Shown: positions 47,884-57,954 of the stretch, in pieces
Position numbering within the stretch: the first letter of the stretch is position 1
Layout of the letters: every line of letters begins with the position of its first letter
Source of the DNA: Nitrospiraceae bacterium
Lineage (GTDB): Bacteria > Nitrospirota > Nitrospiria > Nitrospirales > Nitrospiraceae
Length of the DNA stretch: 64,000 nucleotides
Assembly (NCBI GenBank): GCA_050246315.1
Contig: JBFWWG010000008.1
Location: forward strand, 96,001-160,000
Direction: 5' to 3'
The notes under the pieces: model-generated
What the model was told of the DNA's origin: nothing
What the model saw: the letters and a program-made list of their open reading frames with translations, nothing else
Database searches by the model: none
Translations under genes and position numbers: made by a program

Positions 47884-47926
47884 CGTCTTTCAACTCCGAA
47901 CGGCGGGGAAAAGCAGACGGGAGATT

Positions 47927-48541
47927 TCACGGTTGAGGAGCTCCATAGCGCCGGATAAAAGTGGCCAGGTCGGACGACATCAGCAGCGGCAGCGCCTCCT
48001 CAATTTTCGCTAGGGGCCAATCCCACCAGGCAATCGCCAACAGCGCATTGATCGTATCCTGATCAAATCGATACTTCACGATGCGAGCCGGTGAACCGAC
48101 CACAATCGCATAGGGGGGCACATCCTTGGTCACGACACTTCTGGCCGCGACCACCGCACCGTTTCCGACCGTCACTCCGGACAAAATCAGCGCATCGACT
48201 CCCACCCAGACATCATGACCAATCTCAACATCGCCTTTGGATCGAGAAGGAAACGGCAACCCACGATCCGGACCAAAGATGCTTTGAAAGGGGTAGGTCG
48301 AAATCCAATCCGTTCGATGGTTGCACCCGGTGAGGATGGTGACTCCGGAGGCGAATGCACAGAACCGTCCGACCTTCAGGGTCGTTCCATCGTCACCACG
48401 CGGCACGCGAGGGTGGCCGTAAGTCCACTCCCCGATCGAGAATCCCTTGTAATCGGGATGATTGATCATGAACGTTTGGGACGGGCGCGCCGTTCTCAAG
48501 CCGACCTTTTCCAACCAATGCTTCAGCTTTCCCATGACCAC
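47927..48541 (-). CDS. CatB/Vat-like hexapeptide O-acetyltransferase (probably acting on a sugar)
   Basis: ISTYPF, KGDVEIGHDVWVG, VTKDVPPYAIVVGSPA, WWDW. Confidence 0.85.
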   Translation of the reverse strand: MVMGKLKHWLEKVGLRTARPSQTFMINHPDYKGFSIGEWTYGHPRVPRGDDGTTLKVGRFCAFASGVTILTGCNHRTDWISTYPFQSIFGPDRGLPFPSRSKGDVEIGHDVWVGVDALILSGVTVGNGAVVAARSVVTKDVPPYAIVVGSPARIVKYRFDQDTINALLAIAWWDWPLAKIEEALPLLMSSDLATFIRRYGAPQP

Positions 48542-48596
48542 TCACTCGTGCTCACGCACCAGCCGAGCAGCCCGGCTCATCAGAAGATGGAGCGGG

Positions 48597-49682
48597 CTAC
48601 ACATGTTGACGGCATAGAGCGAGAAAGTACTCCGCCCGTCGCTCACAGGTATGAAACCGCAGGAGATGTCGATGTCCTTGGAGCGCCAGTGCTTCCCGTG
48701 CGGCGTCATCCTGCAGGTATGTCCGCACGAGATCGACCAAATCGCTCAGGTCCGGCCGACAAAACAGCGCGTGCTTGCCGTGTTCGAAATTATTCGGGAT
48801 ACAGATGTCCGGTTGCTCGGACACCAGCACCGCCTTCGACGCCGGAATCTCCCAATACCGGAGCGTATCGAACCCGCCGCCGCGGATCGACAAGGCCATT
48901 TTAGACCGTCCGAGCAGGCGATGATACTCTCGGAATGTCAACCGGGTCCCGCGTTGCGACATCGTCACCCGAGGATCTCCCCTCAACTTGACCAGGAGAC
49001 GAGAAAACCCAGTCGTGAGTTTCGACTGACGGTCTGTCGGTTCCGCATACAGGCCGCCTTCGCATCGTAGGCCGTCGGCCGCTTTCAACAGATTCCATGC
49101 ACGAAGGCGTTTCGCGTGAGACGCTCGCGCGGCATACGAAACATCGACGTCGCGGGGGCCCTCCTCCGGCGCCGGCGCCGCATCGGGAATCACCGAGAAG
49201 GGCAGCGGGAAGGTGCGATGAAACAGGTCCTGACCGGCTCTAAACGCCTGCCACTGTTCGAGGCGCTTCCTGAGTCCAACGCCCGCCTGCCATCGGAACT
49301 CCCGCTTAAAGTATGCGCGACAACCGAATCGCTTCACGAGATCGTGGCGGATGCCGGCATCATCCTCGCCGTCGATCAGCACACAGGGCGGCAGCCGTAT
49401 GTGGCGATCGATTCGGTCGAGCATCGATCCGGCGGCGGCGCGAGGAGACGACAGGACGAGGAGGTCCACATTTCCGTCGCGAAGCAGGGTGACGATCTCG
49501 TCTTCGCCGTAGGCTCGCCCGGGTATTTGAGGCAGATACTCCAATCGGTGGTCTGGATCGTGATACACGCGCTTCCATGGGTAGTCAATCACCTGCTCCC
49601 CTCCCAATACCCGGCAGAGTCCCAGATACATCTGGTCGGCAAGATAATCGGGAGCGGGATCGGAGAGGTACAGAATGTTCAT
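48597..49682 (-). CDS. GT-B fold glycosyltransferase (CgeB/Glyco_trans_1_2-like)
   Basis: YFKRE, SKMALSIRGGGFDTLRYWEIPA, C-terminal FHTCERRA. Confidence 0.75.
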   Translation of the reverse strand: MNILYLSDPAPDYLADQMYLGLCRVLGGEQVIDYPWKRVYHDPDHRLEYLPQIPGRAYGEDEIVTLLRDGNVDLLVLSSPRAAAGSMLDRIDRHIRLPPCVLIDGEDDAGIRHDLVKRFGCRAYFKREFRWQAGVGLRKRLEQWQAFRAGQDLFHRTFPLPFSVIPDAAPAPEEGPRDVDVSYAARASHAKRLRAWNLLKAADGLRCEGGLYAEPTDRQSKLTTGFSRLLVKLRGDPRVTMSQRGTRLTFREYHRLLGRSKMALSIRGGGFDTLRYWEIPASKAVLVSEQPDICIPNNFEHGKHALFCRPDLSDLVDLVRTYLQDDAAREALALQGHRHLLRFHTCERRAEYFLALCRQHV

Positions 49683-49731
49683 GCCGCGAGCGCCATCCTC
49701 GCACGGGACCACGTACTGCGCCCGGGAAGAG

Positions 49732-50226
49732 TCAGCGGGCTCCGGCCTTGTTCACACGAAGCGTGACGTTCATGTTATCGACCACATTCCACAGGTAGCG
49801 GCGGCATCGCTTCTGGAGATAGGCTGGCAGCCAGCGAAACGGTTTGCGTACATCATAAGAAATCCGCTCGATTCGGAAATCGGTCCGAATCCCGTAGTCA
49901 GTCGGCGGCTCGAAATATTGAAACGTGTCCTCCGTGATGAACCGGACATGGGTGGGATCGCGAAAGGCTCCCCGGGACGTATAGTAGGGCACGACGATTT
50001 CCACCGTACCGCCGGGCCGGCAAATGCGAGACACCTCCTCCATCAGCCCGATCAGATCGCGCACATGCTCGATCACATGGCGAAGCCACACCACATCGAC
50101 CGAATCGGCCTTGAAAGGGAGCTGGCGCTCAATATCCGCAACGACATGGATGCCCGATTCCTTCCGGACATCGATACCCCAGGCCCCCTCGACCTTGTTC
50201 TTTCCGCACCCGAGATCCAATATCAC
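49732..50226 (-). CDS. Small SAM-dependent methyltransferase-domain protein
   Basis: ILDLGCG..K, HVIEH, VPYY, DPTHVR. GTG start 50226 (or 50259). Confidence 0.82.
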   Translation of the reverse strand: MILDLGCGKNKVEGAWGIDVRKESGIHVVADIERQLPFKADSVDVVWLRHVIEHVRDLIGLMEEVSRICRPGGTVEIVVPYYTSRGAFRDPTHVRFITEDTFQYFEPPTDYGIRTDFRIERISYDVRKPFRWLPAYLQKRCRRYLWNVVDNMNVTLRVNKAGAR

Positions 50227-50275
50227 CGCCCTTGTCGCCCCCTCCCTCGCTCCCGCCACTCGCCGGCGGGCTGTC

Positions 50276-50983
50276 TTATCGGTGGCCGGTCGTCGCGTAC
50301 CGTCCAAACACCTGAATGCCGTTGTGCCACCCGACATCTCGTCTGGGGGAGAGCAGGTCGAACAGCAATGTCCAATCAGGATGCTCGAGGAGCCATTTTT
50401 CATTGGCGCTCCTCGCCTCGCTACCGTTGACTCCTTCCTCGAAGGGATTGGTATCATCCACCACAATCAGGCTCTCCGCCGCCATGTGGGCCAGCCCCAA
50501 CTCTAATCCCTCATACTGATCCTGAAAGGAATGCCCACCATCATAAAAATAGACTCCGACAGTCTTGGAGAAGTTCGGCAAAATGGTCCGGAAATCCCCC
50601 TCGAGAAAACTGACGCGATGCGTCCTCGATGCATTGCGGAGCACCCGGTTCAGAGAACGGCGAGGCTCCGGCTCGGAGAAAGGCCGATACCATTTGGGCC
50701 GTTTGGTGAACTGGGAGAAATTGTCCACGGCAAAGAATTCCTTATCCGCGTTGCCCTCCATGGCGTAACTCAGGGTACGCCCCTTCCACGTGCCGACTTC
50801 CAGATAGCATTCCCGCTCCTCCATCAGCGACACGGCATAGTTCAGGAGAAACCCGGTGTTCTCGGTGGCCATGCCCACTTGGCTGTCGGTGATGGGCTTC
50901 AACTTCCGATTCTTGGGAAACGTCGGCTCTTCGAAGTTCTCCCAGTGTTCTCGGATGGTTTCTATGAAACGTCGGACATTCAT
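50276..50983 (-). CDS. Class I SAM-dependent methyltransferase (Methyltransf_24-like)
   Basis: YLEVGTWKG, VDNFS, FYDGGHS, VVDD, WHNGI. Confidence 0.85.
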   Translation of the reverse strand: MNVRRFIETIREHWENFEEPTFPKNRKLKPITDSQVGMATENTGFLLNYAVSLMEERECYLEVGTWKGRTLSYAMEGNADKEFFAVDNFSQFTKRPKWYRPFSEPEPRRSLNRVLRNASRTHRVSFLEGDFRTILPNFSKTVGVYFYDGGHSFQDQYEGLELGLAHMAAESLIVVDDTNPFEEGVNGSEARSANEKWLLEHPDWTLLFDLLSPRRDVGWHNGIQVFGRYATTGHR

Positions 50984-53289
50984 GCCCAGTTCTCCTGCTC
51001 ACGAACCATGATGGATTGCACCTGAGATGTTTGGACAGGCAACAACCGTCGAGCCGCCTCGAACACTTCGTCCACCGTGATTTGTCTCATGCAACTTTGC
51101 TCGCCGCGTGTGCAGGTGGGGTGGTAGCAGAGCCGGCAATCCAACCCCTTGTAAAGGGTCGCCACCTCTGCCGTCCCGTACGGAGCCCATTCCGCCGGAG
51201 AAGACGGCCCGAAGAGCCCGAGGACCGGCGTCCCGACCGCTGCGGCCAGATGCATCGAGCCGTTGTCGTTGCCGATATAGAGGGCACATCGCTTGACGAT
51301 GGCGGCAAACTGCCTCAAATTGACCAGCCCCGTCAAATTGATGGGACGGCGGTGCGATCGGTCTTGGATCTCAGCCGCCGCGGCCTTTTCGCTTGGGCCG
51401 CCGCCGATCAAGACTCGACAACCGGCTTCAGAAGCGAGCCGGTCGGCCAACTGGGCAAACCGCTCAGCCGGCCAGGCCTTGAACCAGTATCGAGCCCCAG
51501 GATGGAACATGATCAGGGGCCGGCCATCCCGCAGAATTCCGAATTCTTGGAGCGTTCGCCTTCCCTGCTCCTCTTCCTCCGCTGTCAGCCACACCATCGG
51601 AGGTTCGGGCTTGGACGTAATCCCAAGCGGCGCCAGCAGCGCCATGTCCCGGCTGATCCGATGGGTCCCTTCCGGAAGCGAGGCAACCTCGTGCGTATAG
51701 GCCAGCCAGCCTCGCCAACGGCGTGGTTCCCGAAACCCGATGCGGATCGGAATGCGGCTCAATAGGCAGGTAAACTCGGCCCGATCATTGCCGGTGAGAT
51801 CGATCACGCAGTCGAAACCGCGCTTCCGTACTTCGTGATAAAAGTACGCCTGAGAACCGAATCGGCTCCGATCGACCAAGAGCACCTCCGCCACATCCGG
51901 GTTGTGTCGCAACACATCTTCCGTTCCGGGATACACCGCGACGGTCAGCTGGCTGTCGGGGAACGCTTGGCGCAGAGCGCGCACAATCGGTGTCGCGAGC
52001 AACACATCGCCGATGTATCGCAGCTTCAGGAGCAGGATGTTCCGGACTGAGATCGGACGCGGGATCAGAACTGGCCCGACGGCACGATCCGGTTCAAGCA
52101 AGGGTTGCGACGGAGGGGCCTCGGCCAACTGGCCACTGTGGGTCGCGGTCCCTCCGGAGGAACAGAACCCGGACGCACGGCTCTGAGAACAGAGTTCCTG
52201 GTAGACACGCATGACCTGTCGGGCCGCATCCTCCCAACTGAAGAGAGTGGTCCGCTCAAATCCTTTCGCGATGAGCGTGTCCCGCAAGGCACGATCCTCC
52301 AGCACCTGCACCATGGCTTGCCCCAATTGAGCGGGATCTTCCGGATTCACCAACAGGGCGGCGTCCCCCGCCACTTCAGGTAAGGACGAGCGGTCGGAAG
52401 TCACCACCGGCGCCCCGCAGGCCATCGCCTCCAACACCGGCATGCCGAATCCTTCATACAGCGACGGAAAAACGAACAGATCCGCATGGGAGTAGAGCAG
52501 GCGAAGCTCGGCACCTGAGACCCTTCCTGGACAGATGACGCGGTCCGCCAGCCCGACAGCTCTCGCACTCTCCAGATAATTCCCGAACCGATGGACGGGA
52601 TCTCCAACCAGGACCAGCTTGCGCCGTCCCAGGCGCGCTACCTGTTCCCCCGCCGCCTGAAGAAACATACGGTGATTTTTCCGCGGGTCCGCCCCTCCAA
52701 CAAACAGCACGAAGCCCTCATCGGGCGAGAGTTTCAGTTTCTCGCGCAGACTCGCCACCGCCGCTGGATCGCGTAGTGGACGGAACTCCTCCGAAATGCC
52801 GCAATAGACCACCTCGATCCGCTCAGGCGGCAGACCGTAGAGTTCGGTGATTTCCCTCGCCGAGAACTTCGAGATCGTTAGGACCCTACGCGCGCGCCAG
52901 ACCGCTCGCCTCGTCCGTGAGGCCGCGCTGCGCTGACCAAATACGCGCGTCGAATACTCCGGATGACGATCCAGCCATCCATCATAGATCGTAACCAGCC
53001 CCCCATGCCGTCCGACTGTTTGGAGGCGAAAATTTGTTCCGTGATAGAGATCGAGCCGGTCCCGTTGCGCCAAGTACTTGATGGCCCACCGGGGAGTCTC
53101 GCACCAACGTACCCGTGGATCGACAGCCCAGGCATCGAGCTTATCGGGATGGAACGAACCGCGATCAACGTAACAGACCAACTCGAAGTCGTCGGTCAAG
53201 CGCACGAGCCCCCGGAGCAAGTAATAGACATACCAGCCGACCCCTCCCCGGTCCCGCACCGCCGGCGTGGCATAGATTCCGATCCTCAC
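50980..53289 (-). CDS. Fusion of GT4 and GT9 (heptosyltransferase III-like) domains
   Basis: N-half: [25 protein letters not shown]-half: [42 protein letters not shown] 53289 overlaps the upstream stop. Confidence 0.88.
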   Translation of the reverse strand: MRIGIYATPAVRDRGGVGWYVYYLLRGLVRLTDDFELVCYVDRGSFHPDKLDAWAVDPRVRWCETPRWAIKYLAQRDRLDLYHGTNFRLQTVGRHGGLVTIYDGWLDRHPEYSTRVFGQRSAASRTRRAVWRARRVLTISKFSAREITELYGLPPERIEVVYCGISEEFRPLRDPAAVASLREKLKLSPDEGFVLFVGGADPRKNHRMFLQAAGEQVARLGRRKLVLVGDPVHRFGNYLESARAVGLADRVICPGRVSGAELRLLYSHADLFVFPSLYEGFGMPVLEAMACGAPVVTSDRSSLPEVAGDAALLVNPEDPAQLGQAMVQVLEDRALRDTLIAKGFERTTLFSWEDAARQVMRVYQELCSQSRASGFCSSGGTATHSGQLAEAPPSQPLLEPDRAVGPVLIPRPISVRNILLLKLRYIGDVLLATPIVRALRQAFPDSQLTVAVYPGTEDVLRHNPDVAEVLLVDRSRFGSQAYFYHEVRKRGFDCVIDLTGNDRAEFTCLLSRIPIRIGFREPRRWRGWLAYTHEVASLPEGTHRISRDMALLAPLGITSKPEPPMVWLTAEEEEQGRRTLQEFGILRDGRPLIMFHPGARYWFKAWPAERFAQLADRLASEAGCRVLIGGGPSEKAAAAEIQDRSHRRPINLTGLVNLRQFAAIVKRCALYIGNDNGSMHLAAAVGTPVLGLFGPSSPAEWAPYGTAEVATLYKGLDCRLCYHPTCTRGEQSCMRQITVDEVFEAARRLLPVQTSQVQSIMVREQENWA

Positions 53290-54086
53290 CGCTCCCCTCC
53301 GTCGCCGGCCGCGATCGATTCCCACGCCTTGGCATATTTCAGGAAGGTGAACATGCCGGCAAACATCGCCACGACAACCCCAGGTACCCCTTCCCGCCAG
53401 CCGCCGCGCAGGAGGTACGTCTTGGCGATCGTGCCGAGGTGATGGCCGGCAATCTGCATCGCCGTCACGCGCGAGCGGCGTTTGAGTTTCTCTGCGGCGC
53501 CGAGTGTGGAATAGGCGACGATCTTTCGCGCGTGGTGGCCGACCGTCGGCATCGTGTGGTGGTCCATCGGATTCGCAAGCCGGAGGACGCGCCCCTGGCA
53601 GAGAAGTCGCTCATGCAGTTTCGTATCGTCGTACCGGCAGGCGGAGCGCCGGATGAGGCGAATTTGATAGTCGGGGTACATGCCTCCGCCCTGCATCCAG
53701 CGGCCATAGAAGAAATTGCGTCTGGGGACCTCGAAGGCCGCTACGTCCGATGGGACATCCGCAGCAAGCGCCGCCTTGATTTCGTGCGCGAGCGCATCCG
53801 GCACCCGTTCGTCGGCATCGACGATCATGATCCACTCGTGGCTCGCCTGTTCGATCCCGAAATTTTTCTGCGGCCCGTACCCGGGCCACGAGCGAACGAA
53901 CACCCGGGCGCCGGCCTGCACCGCGAGTTCCACGGTCCGGTCCGCACTCTGGGCATCCACCACGATCCGCTCGTCCGCCCATTGAACGGACTCCAAGCAG
54001 TCCACAATATTGTGTCCTTCGTTCTTGGCGATGATTAGAGCGGTGATCGCCCCAGCCGGTTTACCCTCGAAACCCACGGTGTGCAA
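53286..54086 (-). CDS. GT2 beta-1,4-glucosyltransferase-like (WaaE/KdtX family)
   Basis: IAKNE, WPGYGPQKN, VDADE, YPDYQIRL, LHE. Confidence 0.88.
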   Translation of the reverse strand: MHTVGFEGKPAGAITALIIAKNEGHNIVDCLESVQWADERIVVDAQSADRTVELAVQAGARVFVRSWPGYGPQKNFGIEQASHEWIMIVDADERVPDALAHEIKAALAADVPSDVAAFEVPRRNFFYGRWMQGGGMYPDYQIRLIRRSACRYDDTKLHERLLCQGRVLRLANPMDHHTMPTVGHHARKIVAYSTLGAAEKLKRRSRVTAMQIAGHHLGTIAKTYLLRGGWREGVPGVVVAMFAGMFTFLKYAKAWESIAAGDGGER

Positions 54087-54906
54087 TCTCCCGGTAAAAA
54101 CGCCAGTTGAGCCACCGATTGACGCGCGGCTTCAGGCGGCGCGCCGCGGTCACTCGATCCCGCATCACCGCCGGATGGCGACCGCGGAAGTCCTTGAGGA
54201 TGTCATAGTTCTCGAACTCCGCAGCCTCCGACGTGAACCAGCGAGTCTCCGATGGCGGAGGCGCATCCCCGTGATAGACGGATGTCTGCTCGCGTTTCTT
54301 CGCCGTCATCGTCATGGGGGACTTGACCCAGCCGTAATGGAAAACCAGCGCCCCCGACGAGGCGAGCCATTCTGGAGGCCCGCTTTGCAAATAGCGTTGC
54401 GTCGACTTCTCGTGAAAGCCGACCGCATCGCCGCAGGATTCGACCTCGCCGTTATTGCGGATGACCCGGACCGCCTTATGGTAGTACCAGGGATTCAGCG
54501 ACCAGTAGTCGCCGACGAAATGCAGGTACCGAAAGAGAAGCCCCTTCACCGCAGGGTTGTTCACGTGCCGGGCCATGGAACGGGCGATGACCGGCAGATC
54601 GTCTTCATGAATTACCTCGTCAGCCTGGAGATAGAACGCCCAGTCTCCCCGGCAATGAGATAAGGCGATATTCGTCTGCTGAGAATAGATGAGCCCGCCT
54701 TGCCGCAATGTCTCGTCCCATACCGAGTCGATGATCCGAATCTTTGGATCCTTGATGGAGGCGATCAACTCACGGGTGCCGTCGTCGCACCGGCCGATGT
54801 TGACGATGAATTCATCGACGATCGGCAGGATGGACCGGATGGACTCCGTCACCGGATAGTCATATTTGACCGCATTCCGGCAGAATGTAAACCCGCTGAC
54901 TTTCAT
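54061..54906 (-). CDS. Glycosyltransferase family 2-like
   Basis: MKVSGFTFCRNAVKYDYP, LQADEVIHE, FHYGWVK. Confidence 0.82.
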   Translation of the reverse strand: MKVSGFTFCRNAVKYDYPVTESIRSILPIVDEFIVNIGRCDDGTRELIASIKDPKIRIIDSVWDETLRQGGLIYSQQTNIALSHCRGDWAFYLQADEVIHEDDLPVIARSMARHVNNPAVKGLLFRYLHFVGDYWSLNPWYYHKAVRVIRNNGEVESCGDAVGFHEKSTQRYLQSGPPEWLASSGALVFHYGWVKSPMTMTAKKREQTSVYHGDAPPPSETRWFTSEAAEFENYDILKDFRGRHPAVMRDRVTAARRLKPRVNRWLNWRFYREIAHRGFRG

Positions 54907-55001
54907 CGTTGCTGCCCCACGAAACCGAGGCCGAAGTTGCGGGAAAGATCAAAGATCGCCAGGATCGCCACGGACATGCCCCTCTGACCACAACTTAAAC
55001 T

Positions 55002-55775
55002 TTAACGTGAGATTTTCCCTTGAAGTTCCCAAAACTTGGCATATTTCATAAATGTGTAATAGCCGTACAAGCCGGAGAGGATGAGCCCCGGCATCCCATC
55101 CCGCCAGCCACTTCGTCCGACGTACATTTTCAGAAAGGTAAAGAGCGGATGACTGACCAGTTGGTGCGGATGGAACCGACGTCCCTGTTCAACCATTCGT
55201 TTGGCCATCAAATCTGAATACCGATCCATCTTGGCCAGGTAGTGATCAATATTGCGGAATGGATATTGGAGGATCGCATGGGCGAAATATCCCGCCGTCC
55301 CCATGATGTCGAACCCTTCGTGCACGACGTCGCTCTCGCGGTACCGGACGCTGCCCTTGCGGAACAGTTGCGGCTGTCGATAGTCGGGATAGAAGCCGCA
55401 GTGCCGGATCCACCGGCCCAGAAAATAATTCTTGCGCGGAATGAAATAGGCATCGGCCCGACCAAAGACGACCGTGTGGCGCACCTCCTCACACACCTCC
55501 GGCGTGGCGCGCTCGTCCGTATCCAGGCTGAAGATCCAGTCGTGCGAGGCGTGCGCGGTGGCCTCATTCCTGAGTCGCCCGAACCCTCGAAACTCGTGCT
55601 GAAAGATCCGGTCGGTGAACTCCTTGGCGATCACCGCGGTCCGGTCCGTGCTGAAGGAATCCACCACCACGATCTCGTCCGCCCAGGTCACCGATTCCAG
55701 ACACGCGCGCATGTTCGGCTCGTCGTTATAAGCCATGATGACGGCCGACACCTTCGGCGGCACGACGTCCATCAT
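55002..55775 (-). CDS. GT2 beta-1,4-glucosyltransferase-like (WaaE/KdtX family)
   Basis: VVDSFSTDRT, SLDTDE, FYPDYRQPQLF, VHE. Confidence 0.88.
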   Translation of the reverse strand: MMDVVPPKVSAVIMAYNDEPNMRACLESVTWADEIVVVDSFSTDRTAVIAKEFTDRIFQHEFRGFGRLRNEATAHASHDWIFSLDTDERATPEVCEEVRHTVVFGRADAYFIPRKNYFLGRWIRHCGFYPDYRQPQLFRKGSVRYRESDVVHEGFDIMGTAGYFAHAILQYPFRNIDHYLAKMDRYSDLMAKRMVEQGRRFHPHQLVSHPLFTFLKMYVGRSGWRDGMPGLILSGLYGYYTFMKYAKFWELQGKISR

Positions 55776-56890
55776 ACCCTGCCAGCGGCACGCTCGGCCG
55801 CGCGGCGGTACACCCGCTCGAGCTCATCCAGCATCCGATCCAGCGAATAGTGTCGCTCGACCAGGGAGCGTCCCGCCGCACCCATCCTGGCCCGCAGGTC
55901 GCCGTCGTTCAACAAGAGACGGATCCGTTCGGCCAATGCCGCGGCGTCGCGGGGCCGCACGACGAATCCGGTTTCCCCGTTTCTCACGACGTCCGGGATG
56001 GAGCCCACCGTCGTCGAGACGACCGGCAGACCGACCGCCATAGCCTGCATGAGCACCTGGGGAATCGTGTCCCCCTCCACGGATGGAATGACGAAGACAT
56101 CGAGCGAGTGAAACACGTTCAACAGGTCGTCCCGATAGCCCAACATGCGCACCGAATCGCCGACCCCTTGCTCTTGGATGCGCGCCCGGAGTCTCGCCTC
56201 TTCCGGCCCCTGCCCAACCACCACGAAGGTCACATCCCGATCGCGGGCCGCGACACGGGCGGCCGCGTCGATGAAATACTCGTGTCCTTTATAGGAGCGC
56301 AGATAAGAAATCAACCCGACCAGCAGGTGCGTCCGTGGGAGCCCCAACTCCTCCCGGAGATTCTTCGTGGCCGTTCCAGGCTTGAAGACCCCGATGTCGA
56401 TGCCGATCGGGAACGCCACGACCCTGTCCGACGCAAGCCCATCCCGCTCAATCAATGCGCGGCGGGTCAATTCTCCACCGGTGACGATGACGAGGTCGAC
56501 CAACCGCTGATAGAGCAGCCTCGTAGTCAGATTGCGGTTCAGCGGGGTTGAAATGTGTCTGGTCCTGATGACCGGCGGGCGAGGCGTCACCATCCGGGCG
56601 GCCAGCGATCCGATCCAACTGTCCCGCGAGCTGTTGACGTGCACGATGACCGGCCGTTCTTGCGCCACCAACCGGCGGAGCGTCAGGATTGCCGAGGGAT
56701 AGCACCACCGCCTCATGCAGAGGCCCACAACCGGAATGCCCTCCCGCTTGGCCATGTCCATGATCGGACTGCCGGGCTCCAGGATCATCGTGACCTGATG
56801 TCCGCGCTTTCGCAATCCGTCCGCATGGAGGACGACGGCCAGTTCCTGCCCGCCGACCGTCGTGCTCGATTCGAGGATAAACAGTTTCAT
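55772..56890 (-). CDS. Glycosyltransferase family 4 (LPS core)
   Basis: GGQE, RTRHIS, LRSYKGH, IPQVLMQAMA. ATG 56890 overlaps the upstream TGA. Confidence 0.88.
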   Translation of the reverse strand: MKLFILESSTTVGGQELAVVLHADGLRKRGHQVTMILEPGSPIMDMAKREGIPVVGLCMRRWCYPSAILTLRRLVAQERPVIVHVNSSRDSWIGSLAARMVTPRPPVIRTRHISTPLNRNLTTRLLYQRLVDLVIVTGGELTRRALIERDGLASDRVVAFPIGIDIGVFKPGTATKNLREELGLPRTHLLVGLISYLRSYKGHEYFIDAAARVAARDRDVTFVVVGQGPEEARLRARIQEQGVGDSVRMLGYRDDLLNVFHSLDVFVIPSVEGDTIPQVLMQAMAVGLPVVSTTVGSIPDVVRNGETGFVVRPRDAAALAERIRLLLNDGDLRARMGAAGRSLVERHYSLDRMLDELERVYRRAAERAAGRV

Positions 56891-57954
56891 GAGATGAGCG
56901 AGACCTTCGAGCCGCTCGTCACGCGATGCACTTGTCGCACGACTTCCGCGGGCGTGATGCGGGTCAAACATTCGAGGTGGACCCTCTGCCGGCAGGTCCG
57001 ACTGAAACAAGGACGGCAGGGAAGGGTGACCGAACAGACGTCATGGCCCAAGCCATAGGGACCGGTGCGGACCTCGCTCGTCGGACCGAACAGCGCCACG
57101 ACCGGCGTCCCGACCGCCGCCGCCACGTGCATGGGACCGGAATCGTTCGTGATCAAACATCCGGCCGCCCGCAAAAGTGCCGGCAGCACGCGTAACGGGA
57201 TCTGGCCGGCAAGATTGACGGCGCGTCCCTTCACCGCCTGAATCACCGATTCCGTCTCGACCCGATCCTCCGCCCCACCGATCACGATGATCCCGTCCCA
57301 CCCCTCCGCCAGCAGCCGGTTCGCAACCTCGACAAACGACTCGCGCGGCCACCGTTTCGTCGGCCAGCGGGCCGAGACATTTAAGGCCGCCCATCGGCTC
57401 TGAGGTCCAACACCGTGCTTCGAGAGCGTGTCCCGTACGGTTGCTTCGTGCTCTTGCGTGAAGACGAAGGGAAACCGCACCCGATCTGGAATCGAGCATC
57501 CGAGATACCGTGCCACCGTCAGGTACCGATCCACCGCATGGATATCCGGATTGGGAACCGATACGCAATGGGTGTAGAACCAAGGGCTCCCTTCTCGCGC
57601 ATTTTCAAAACCGACTCGGATTGAACACCCGGTCCTCCAGGCCAGGACGCCGCTGCGTAGCAGCCCCTGCAGGTCGATCACCAGATCAAATCGATGGGAT
57701 CGGAGCCGCCGCATCGTGTCAATCCAGTCGTCCAACCGATCCTTGACCTTCCAGATGCGATCGATCCCTTCCACTCGCTCAAGAATATCGGCCCATTGCT
57801 CCTTGACCAACCAGGACACCTCCGCCTGGGGAAATCGCGCGCGCAGCACCGGAATGATCGGCAGGGCATGGACGATATCGCCGAGCGAACTGGGTTTGAC
57901 CAGCAGAAGACGCCGGACATCTGGGATCGAAATCTTTTCAATGGACTCAGGCAC
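56887..57954 (-). CDS. ADP-heptose:LPS heptosyltransferase (GT9; WaaC/WaaF-like)
   Basis: VKPSSLGDIVHALP, IDLQGLLRSG, TNDSGPMHVAAAVG, LFGPT. GTG 57954 after GGGAGG. Confidence 0.9.
   Translation of the reverse strand: MPESIEKISIPDVRRLLLVKPSSLGDIVHALPIIPVLRARFPQAEVSWLVKEQWADILERVEGIDRIWKVKDRLDDWIDTMRRLRSHRFDLVIDLQGLLRSGVLAWRTGCSIRVGFENAREGSPWFYTHCVSVPNPDIHAVDRYLTVARYLGCSIPDRVRFPFVFTQEHEATVRDTLSKHGVGPQSRWAALNVSARWPTKRWPRESFVEVANRLLAEGWDGIIVIGGAEDRVETESVIQAVKGRAVNLAGQIPLRVLPALLRAAGCLITNDSGPMHVAAAVGTPVVALFGPTSEVRTGPYGLGHDVCSVTLPCRPCFSRTCRQRVHLECLTRITPAEVVRQVHRVTSGSKVSLIS

Noticed and set aside
40175..47958. Plus-strand ORFs of 243-439 aa
   Set aside because: Antisense to well-supported minus-strand biosynthetic genes.
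47927..48541. Chloramphenicol/streptogramin resistance gene
   Set aside because: The family is broad, and the LPS-operon context points to sugar O-acetylation.
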